Of a stretch of 64,000 nt of DNA, positions 54,990 through 64,000 are shown piece by piece. The stretch covers positions 51,026,001 to 51,090,000 of the forward strand of contig NC_043014.1 in assembly GCF_006345805.1 (NCBI RefSeq). The letters run 5' to 3'. The notes under the pieces are model-generated. The model made no database searches and had not been told where the DNA came from. It saw only the letters and a list, made by a program, of their open reading frames with translations. Within the stretch, counting starts at the first letter, position 1. Each line of letters opens with the position of its first letter. This stretch comes from Octopus sinensis (Eukaryota). The translations under genes and the position numbers were made by a program.

Positions 54990-55443
54990 TTATATATTTG
55001 AAGGATTCTCTATAAGAGGAAATAACTTCTGAAAGTTATAATCTTCGTGACAAGTTGCGTTGTTCAATGAAGCCACTATGGATTTCAAAATGTTGTCATG
55101 ACCCAGCATTGGAAATATCATTTGAATCATAGTTTTGGAATTCATTTCGTGTAGATATGGAATTATGGCTTCTCGTAATGGCATCATTTGTTGACAACAG
55201 TAGACAAATCCGAACGATTGCACATATACCTCGTCTTCGAAGATTAATTCAGCGAAGATTTAACATGACATAATCTGACATCAAACGATAAATTACGCTC
55301 GGTCTAACAGCCACTGTTGCATTCCCTAATACATACATATTGCTACACCCCTCTTTTATATACAAACATAGACAAATCGGATGCCCTCTAGTGACGTGTT
55401 GGGTATTCAAATCTCCAAGACGAGTCCATTCATATGGAAACAA
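54990..55443 (-). pseudogene. Decayed coding-like segment, two ORFs joined by a frameshift, product unknown
   Basis: ...YVLGNATVAVRPSVIYRLMSDYVML / IFAELIFEDEVYVQSFGFVYCCQQMMPLREAIIPYLHEM...; non-repetitive, protein-like composition, stops on both sides. Confidence 0.3.
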
Positions 55444-55900
55444 TTCGTTTCCGAGACATTAAAATTTATAATATATTCTGAGGTGAAGACAAAGCTTTAT
55501 CAATCAAACATTTGAAAAAATATATATTTTTCTTTTTTTTATATTTGTTATTCAATATATCGGAAAAATCAATATCAAAACAACTAACGCCAATCGATTC
55601 GCAGAACCGAGAACAGTGAATGACAAAATACCCGGCTGTTATGTTTATATTTCTGTCGCTAAATGTTGTGCGTTCAATCCCGCTGAGGCTAAATTTATTT
55701 TATTATTTTTTTTTTTGATTTTTTTAGTTTTATAATCACAACGTCGATAAAATAATTTGCGGTGAATTACTGGGCCATTGCAATCGAATATCCCTCATCC
55801 ATGGAATATGAAGCCTTGCATTTCTGTTAGAAATCGATTTCTTAGAAACGCCATTTTTTCCGAGTACAACCTGCGGCGGAGGTTCAAATATTCACCAAGA

Positions 55901-56604
55901 AGGCATCGAGCTGGCAGAATCGCTACGGCGTCGGACAAAACGCTTAGCGTTATTTCGCCTGTCGATACGTTCTGAGTTCAAACTACGCCGAGGTCGACTA
56001 GAAAGGCGGCGAGCTGGCAGAAACGTTAGCACGCCGGGCGAAATGCTTAGCAGTATTTCGACTGCCGCTACGTTCTGAGTTCAAATTCCACCGAGATTGA
56101 CTTTGCCTTTCATCCTTTCGAGGTCGATTAAATAAGTACCAATTACGCACTGGGATCAATATAATCGACTTAATCCGTTTGTCTGTCCTTGTTTGTCCTC
56201 TCTGTGTTTAGCCCCTTGTGGGTAGTAAAGAAATACGTATTTTGTCTACCGCTACGTACTGAGTTCAAATTCCGCCGAGGTCGACTTTGCCTTTCATCCT
56301 TTCAGGGTCGATTAAGAAATACCAGTGACGCACTGGGGTAGATGTAATCGACTTAATCCGTTTGTCTGTCCTTGTTTGTCCCCTCTCTGTGCTTAGCCCC
56401 TTGTGGGTAGTAAAGAAATAGGTATTTTGTCTGCCGCTACGTTCTGAGTTCAAATTCCGCCGAGGTCGACTTTTCCTTTCATCCTTTCAGGGTGGATTAA
56501 ATAAATACCAGTTACGCACTGGGGTCGATGTAATCGACTTAATCCCTTTGTCTGTCCTTGTTTGTCCACACCGTGTTTAGCCCCTTGTGGGCAGTAAAGA
56601 AATA
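55901..56604 (+). mobile_element. SINE family B: partial head, then head plus three tandem body units
   Basis: Junctions AAAGAAATA(C/G)|GTATTTTGTCT at ~56236 and ~56421. Confidence 0.92.
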
Positions 56605-57369
56605 TATATTCTTTGAACATAACCTTTATATTGCCGTTTATAACAGAATGTGAGTGATTCCGATAATCTTCAAGTATAAGCCAACTTGTGCGTGATAATT
56701 AAAACAATGAGGTGTAGTGGTATCACAATCTTTACGTCTCTTGAATACTTATGCGGTGTTTATTATAATCGGCTTTCTACCGTTTGGCATTGGAATTTTT
56801 GTTAATAACGTCCTCGGAGCTACGTTTCTGTTAAACCCATTATCTGTCTTTTTTATAACAATCGTTGGGGAATCGAGAAAAATAAATGCCCCGCGACAGC
56901 TGTTCTGTCACTTTACATTCTGAATTCCAGTTTCGCTAAGGTTAACTTTGCATTTCATCGCTTCGGGGTTGTTCCAATGTAATAACTCTCAAAGAACTGG
57001 GGTCGATGTCATTGCCTAACAGCCTCTTCGAAAAGTAATGGATTTGTGCATAAATTGGAAATACATATTTTAGCATTTATTCTCGAAACAGGTCGGGCCA
57101 TAAGCTGGGGTGCAGCCAATGAACCTCGACATCTTGTCCGTGGATTTGTTAGAAATAGCAGCCAAATTTCTCTCAAATCGCACAGGACCACCTTAAAAAG
57201 GATATTAACACAAAAAACATGACAGAAAAAATAGTGAAGGGCACGAGATATACAACTACAGGATGACTACTGATGGATCAACGCGGTTCATATGTTTATT
57301 TGACCTAGGATTAAACAAAAAGAACAAAAACAAGTTTGATGCTTGAATACGGGTACCATTCCATTTCAA

Positions 57370-57588
57370 CCCACAAGGGGCTAAACATAGAGGGGACAAA
57401 CAAGGACAGACAAACGGATTAAGTCGATTATATCGACCCAGTGCGAAACTGGTACTTAATTTATCGACCCCGAAAGGATGAAAGGCAAAGTCGACCTCGG
57501 CGGAATTTGAACTCAGTACGTAGCGGCAGACGAAATACGGCTACGCATTTCGCCCGGTGTGCTAACGTTTCTGTCAGCTCGCCGCCTT
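57370..57588 (-). mobile_element. SINE family B with target-site duplication
   Basis: TACGGGT(A/G)CCATTC on both sides. Confidence 0.9.
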
Positions 57589-57899
57589 AGTACGGGTGCC
57601 ATTCATCAACTAAAAGATGAACGTGTAAAAGCTAATGGAAGACTCGTAAATATTAGAGTGCTTCCACTTCTTGCTGCAATTGTATTAAAGGAAGCAATGC
57701 TAAGGAATTGTTCATATGCCAGACACGACACATAGATAGCCTATCATTATATAAAGTGGATGGACAATTTTGATATTGCTCTCAGAAATCCATTACGCTT
57801 TAGAAAAGTCGGAAAAAAAGAAACTGATACAATTATGATCAAATATATTCATGTGCAGAGTTTTGATATGCTTTTTATAATTGTATGATATCATTTCGG

Positions 57900-58180
57900 A
57901 TTGTATCATGGTCCCCGAAAGAGGAAATCACTAAGATACCGCACTGGCGTTTGTTGAGGCAGTTCCCTCGACCGAACTTTCTGCCGATCTACGCCTCAAA
58001 GAAATCGTCCATTTATAAGCAGCCAAAATATGTGAGCACCTGGACAACATCCAGATACCAACTGTTTACTGTGATGACTGCTGGGGATCAAATACCTTGG
58101 CCTAATATATTCTCTTCTTCAGTCTGTGAAAAAGATCTGGTGTGCCAGGCTAACATCTGAGACTTGCAGAAAATCTGCTG
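57900..58180 (-). mobile_element. Decayed RTE-clade reverse transcriptase fragment
   Basis: Minus translation AVITVNSWYLDVVQVLTYFGCL*MDDFFEA*IGRKFG resembles RTE RT 'ITINNxxLxVVxxFTYLGS...LDAEIxxRIG'. Confidence 0.6.
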
Positions 58181-58749
58181 CAGTCTAAAAACGTTTTTGA
58201 TACCTTGCTCCGAGACTGAATACCCGGGGAAGGGGTTTGATAGGGCCGCTCATCCCTGGGCGGCACTTTTGGGTCTGCTGTAGGCAATATGCATTTTTTG
58301 TAGGGTCCGCAGGTGGCACACAGAATGGCAGCTCCGGGCGGCACACATTCTAGCTCCGCTAGTGATACTAAGCCAAGGCAAAACACAGACATTGCAGATT
58401 TGCTGACTTTTACAAAAATAATTGTCAGACTGTGGTTCTGTCGAACAAGTAAGGAAGCGTCTCTAGAATCGCTTGACCTTTAACAAATAGCAACAACTTC
58501 TGAAAGCGTATACTTCCAATTATAGGTGGGATGGGCATGGGTGAATCATTTTAAAATACGATTGTCTGTAAGGAGAATAAAGACGGGAACCAAGTCGAAG
58601 ACATGGTACTCTCCTTAACAATTAACCATTTTGCTGAGCTCGCTCTCAGTCTCCTTGCATTCATTGTATCTACCAACGCAGCTTCCCTGCATCTCTTGGA
58701 TCAGAGAGAGACTAAGATAAATTTACAGAAACACACATATAATCTATGT

Positions 58750-58926
58750 GGCGTAGGAGTGGCTGTGCGGTAAGAAGCTTACTTACCAACCACATGGTTC
58801 CGGGTTCAGTCCCCCTGAGTGGTTCCTTGGGTAAGTGTCTTCTACTTTAGCGTCGGGCCGACCAAAGCTTTGTGAGTGGATTTGGTAGATGGAAACTGAA
58901 AGAAGTCCGTCGTATATATGTATACG

Positions 58927-58969
<43 letters not shown>

Positions 58970-59190
58970 CTGTATATGTATGTATGTATGTCTGTGTGTG
59001 CGTGTGTGTGTATATGTTTGCATGTCTGTTTTTGTCCCCCCAACATCGCTTGGCAACCGATACTTAGCGGTTCGGCAAAAGTGACCGATAGAATAAGTAC
59101 TTGGCTTACGAAGAATAAGTCCCGCTGTCGATTTTCTCGACTAAAGCAGGTGCTCCAGCATGGCCACAGTAAAATGACTGAAACAGGTAA
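58750..59190 (+). mobile_element. SINE family A, near full length
   Basis: GGCGTAGGAGTGGCTGTGCGGTAAG head through ...ATGACTGAAACAGGTAA tail. Confidence 0.9.
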
Positions 59191-59489
59191 CAGAGAGTAT
59201 CGCGTGTTTTTACATGCGTATGTGTGTGTAGTATATTTATTATCAACATTACATCTTGATATTAATATATATAGGACACGGACATATAACGTGCTTTACT
59301 CCGGACTAAATGCTCTATCTAAATTACTTCCTCTCTGGCCTGTCCGCCTCTTTCCGACGAAGATCCGTACTCGAAACGTCATTTCGACTTCTATTTTGCC
59401 ATCGAAAACTTTCACATGTGCATCAATCTAATACATTTACAGTGAAGAACATTTAGTTGACGTTTATTGACTTTTCTTTACGACAATAT

Positions 59490-59497
59490 ATATGTAT

Positions 59498-59550
<53 letters not shown>

Positions 59551-59559
59551 TATATTATA

Positions 59560-59615
<56 letters not shown>

Positions 59616-59806
59616 TACATATATATACATATATATATATATACACATATGTATATATTTTAGAAATATTAAAATTACTAAGTCTCTCTATATATTGTGT
59701 GTGTGTGTATGTATATATAATACGTACATGCATGTGTATTTATTGTATGTATATATATGTACGTATATATATATATATATATTATATATATATATGTACG
59801 TATATA

Positions 59807-59855
<49 letters not shown>

Positions 59856-60015
59856 ATATATATATTATGCATGTGTGTGTATATATATATGCATGTGTAT
59901 ATAATATATGTATATATTATTATATATATATCTATATATGTATATATATATATATATAATATATATATTCATGTCTGTGTGCATGTGTGTGCACGCGAGT
60001 GCATGCGTGCATATG

Positions 60016-60057
<42 letters not shown>

Positions 60058-60060
60058 ACG
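59490..60060. repeat. Long interrupted (TA)n/(TG)n microsatellite
   Basis: Direct reading. Confidence 0.97.
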
Positions 60061-60569
60061 CGCGTACATATACACTCTAACACACCTATATATATTTCTT
60101 TGTATGTTTGGTTTTACTCTGAAGTTCCCTGTTCTTTTTCTCACAAGTGCAATTTTAAATGTAGTTTTATTCGGCGAAATATGGTTCGGATTACTATGTC
60201 AAATGAATGAATATATGCATTTTAATATTTCGAAAAGAAGTAATTAAAATGATTGATATGCATTTAGAAAAAAAAAAGCCCATCGCACATTTGAAAATAA
60301 GGAGTTATTGATGTACAAGCGTATGTATCCATATACATGCAAACACACATGCATACATACATATATACACACACACATGTATATATATATATATGTGTGT
60401 GCGTGTCTGTGTGTGCTTGTGTGTGTGTGTGATCACTAAAATTAAATAATGACATCAAGTTATTTTCTATTAATATGACAAAACCATATGTGCCTATTTT
60501 ATTGACTTGCCTGGTAGAAACCGAATATGATATTAAAATTTTAGTACGAACGACGAACGGCAGGAGTAC

Positions 60570-60806
60570 TTGTTGCAGTTGTTATTGTTGTTGTCGTACT
60601 TGTTGTTGTTGTTGCTGTCCTTCTTTTTTCCTCTTCATCGTCACTATCACCATCACCAACATCACCACCATCATCATCATCACAATCGTCATCATCATCA
60701 TCATCATCATCATCATAAACTTCACCACCACCACCGTCATCATCATCCTCATCAGCATCATCATCATCATCATAAACTTCACCACCACCACCGTCATCAT
60801 CATCAT

Positions 60807-60841
<35 letters not shown>

Positions 60842-60937
60842 CAATCGCCATCATCATCATCATCTTTTCTCTTCCATTCTACTTTTTCTTCCATCCTTAC
60901 CAACACTATCCCACCATCAACACCATCACTGCTGCTG

Positions 60938-60973
<36 letters not shown>

Positions 60974-61164
60974 TACTATTACTACTACTGCTACTGCTAT
61001 TACTACTACTGCTGCTGCAACTATTGCAAACATTAATGTGTTTGTCATACATCCGACGTGAAAGAGCGATAGTGAATGACGAGAGAACAAAAGAAATTGA
61101 ATAAATAGAGTGAAGAAAAATATTTAAAAAATAAAACGTATGATCATCATAATCGTCATCATTG

Positions 61165-61201
<37 letters not shown>

Positions 61202-61600
61202 GCTGCTGTTCCTCTTCATCATTGCCATCGTCATCGTCACCATCAAGTAACACACCATCATCATCATCATCATCATCGTAGTTCTATTCGTAATTGACAT
61301 CGCCATCATCATCGTCATCATCGCTGACGGAGTCGTCGCCAAGCTCCTTATCAATCCCACTTAATCATCATCATCATCAACGTCATCATCGTCATCATCA
61401 ACATCATCATCATCATTATCGTCGTTATCATCGTCATCATCATCATCATCACCATCATCATCATCACCATCATCATTATCATCATCACCACCACCATCAT
61501 TACCATCACCATCATCATCATCACCACCATCACCGCCATCATTCGTCTCATCATCACCATCATTATCACACCACCTTCTCCAGCATTACCACCATCGCTT

Positions 61601-61636
<36 letters not shown>

Positions 61637-61648
61637 TAGAAACTCATA

Positions 61649-61679
<31 letters not shown>

Positions 61680-61680
61680 T
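60570..61680. repeat. Compound (CAT)n/(CAC)n/(TAC)n/(GTT)n low-complexity region
   Basis: Direct reading; source of the poly-H/D/M ORFs. Confidence 0.95.
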
Positions 61681-62251
61681 TCTGGTTAACACAAGACTTG
61701 ATGAATAAGAATAGCTCCAAGGAGATTGATAAGGAGATGGTATCGAAATATTGAAAGTCAGCTCTTTTGAACTAGAAAGAAAAGAATAATATAATAAATA
61801 AGTTAAAATAAAATAAAAATGAAAATTAAAAAAAAACTCTAAATCATTATGTCCTCTATCTTGCTTTACGAAGTTGAACAGAAAATACTGCTATAAAAAA
61901 TAGTTATTTCTCCTGTAAGCAGAATACCAACAGTTTCAAGGCTGTGTTGGGCCGTCGATTCAAGCCCTCAACTGGGATTTAATTTAATCGATCCTGAAAG
62001 GTAAAGTGGGTCTCGTAAGGATTTTAATATAAAGGTGGAAGAAGCATCGCGGTGCGTTTGACCAGCGTTGCTAAAAATTCTGCCAGCTCGCCGTGTTGTT
62101 ATCAATCTAAAAAAATACCTATTTCTTTACTACCCACAAAGGGCCAAACACAAAGGAGACAAAGAAGGACAGATAGACAGACGGATTAAGTCGGTTATAT
62201 CGATTCCAGTGCGTAACTCGTACTTCTTATCACACAGTCATGCCTGCGCCT

Positions 62252-62300
<49 letters not shown>

Positions 62301-62301
<1 letters not shown>

Positions 62302-62515
62302 AGTATTATTTCAGAAGAGTGGTCCCGGTGCGCACACTCGCGTATTCGCGCATCCGCGCTACCTAGTCGTGACTAATCGATCCTACAACTACTACCTAGC
62401 AAAGTAAATAAAACACAAAAACACAAAATAAGGATCGACTAGCTACGACTAGCTAGCGCGGATGCACGAGTACGCGAGTGCGCGCACCGGGATGACTCTT
62501 CTTAAATAGTAACTA
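62301..62515. mobile_element. GC/CpG-rich fold-back (MITE-like) element in (TA)n
   Basis: ~85 bp arms 62301-62384 and 62431-62515 are reverse complements with roughly ten differences; 46 nt A-rich spacer. Confidence 0.85.
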
Positions 62516-62554
62516 TATATATATATATATATATTTAATTACTTATTCATACAT

Positions 62555-62598
<44 letters not shown>

Positions 62599-62687
62599 CT
62601 GTGTTTACATACATTTATATAAAAAACATATATAAATGCATACATACATGTATATACATACATATTATATACATAATATATATATAT

Positions 62688-62724
<37 letters not shown>

Positions 62725-63761
62725 CCCCCTCTCTCTCGATAATATATATATATATATATATATATATGATATTCATGCAACTTTAACTTTACAACTTACC
62801 TATAGCTTTTTCTGAACCAACGTGTGTAAAACCGTAACTGTAGTACAAAGCTATTGGTGTTTGCTGCTTTTATACTAAATCTCCAACAACTCGGTTTATT
62901 TGAGTGCGTTTATTTCCTATTACCATTGCATAAGAAGCAGTGTTTACGTCTTACTTGCTTCAATGGTTCGAAAAATGAACTCTTACCTAATCTTAAACGT
63001 TATTGGATTAAACGCTAGCATTTAATTTGGATTAAATACTTGTACGATTGCATTGATTTTCTTAATTATATTACGATTAATGGAGTTAATTGCGACGATT
63101 GAGGTTGTTCTTGATGCTATTTCTGTTCTTAGCGTGTAAACAACTGAACATTTTCTCGTCTTGTAAATCTCCATTTTCTGTTAAGAAAATTATGTAGAAT
63201 TTTCTGAAATATATCAGCTGCGCTGTATTAGCTTTCTGTGTGTGTAGTTTAGCACGACATCAAAAGAAAAACATAATGATTGCAGATCGATTCAAAAGGG
63301 AACCGGGTGGCAGCTTAATAGCCATTATTTCCGAGGTTTGTATATCCATAACAGCTCAATTTTTATGTTATTGGCGAAATGGTCTAACATCTAACGACAT
63401 AATTTAAAATTGTTTATTTCTAATTTAGGTAGTAGCAGGACAGCAATTTTAAGTTACGAGTGTTTGTCGATATCATCGTTTTCAGAACTTGACTGCAATT
63501 TTGTTTTTTCGATCTTGGAAAGGGGAAAAGCAAAGCTAAAATCGGCTGAAGAGAAATCGGTATGGAGGGAACCGGAAGAAATATTACAAGACATTTTCCC
63601 AACGTTCTAATACCCCATTCTAAAACCAACATGAAGGATTCTAAATGAGGGAGATTCCAGTGTTCCATGGACGTGTGGGTCGCATAGGGGACCATAAAAA
63701 AAAGCCAAACTAAATCTGCATTAGGGTCTCCTTTAAGCATATACCTCAAAGGATCGGATTG

Positions 63762-64000
63762 AGGTGCCAGCTGGCAGAAACGTTAACACGCCGGGCGAAA
63801 TGCTTAGTGGTATTTCGTCTGCCGCTACGTTCTGAGTTCAAATTCCGCCGAGGTCAACACTGTCTTTCATCCTTTCGGGGTCGATTAAATAAGTACCAGT
63901 TATGCACTGGGGTCGATATAATCGACTTAAATCCGTTTGTCTGTCCTTGTTTGTCCTCTCTGTGTTTAGCCCCTTGTGGGTAGTAAAGAAATAGGTATTC
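63762..64000 (+). mobile_element. SINE family B, apparently continuing into a further tandem unit
   Basis: Consensus match; window ends with AAAGAAATAG|GTATTC. Confidence 0.9.

Overview
AT-rich eukaryotic DNA dominated by (TA)n/(CA)n/(TAA)n/(TATC)n/(CAT)n microsatellites and dozens of tRNA-derived SINE copies. The repeat content looks like a coleoid cephalopod (Octopus-like) genome; this assignment is an inference from my recollection of such repeats. No complete gene, tRNA, rRNA or CRISPR array is visible, and nearly all entries in the ORF track are microsatellite or SINE artefacts. Supported features: four SINE families (one forming head-to-tail arrays with a recurrent junction), fragments of RTE, CR1-like and R4/Dong-type LINEs, a non-autonomous Helitron, several fold-back elements and a few candidate minus-strand exons of an unidentified gene. 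The most interesting signal is a set of short non-coding inserts, mostly inside (TA)n tracts, that carry minimal type I hammerhead ribozyme (HHR) motifs. Two are circularly permuted monomers with terminal direct repeats (349 bp period at 33.4-33.8 kb, 400 bp period at 50.0-50.4 kb), the footprint expected from reverse-transcribed circular ribozyme RNAs (non-LTR retrozyme / Penelope-associated type). The others are a palindromic two-strand HHR at 21.8 kb, a long-loop HHR at 30.2 kb and a five-copy family of variant cores. All motifs were read by eye; none was checked computationally or experimentally.
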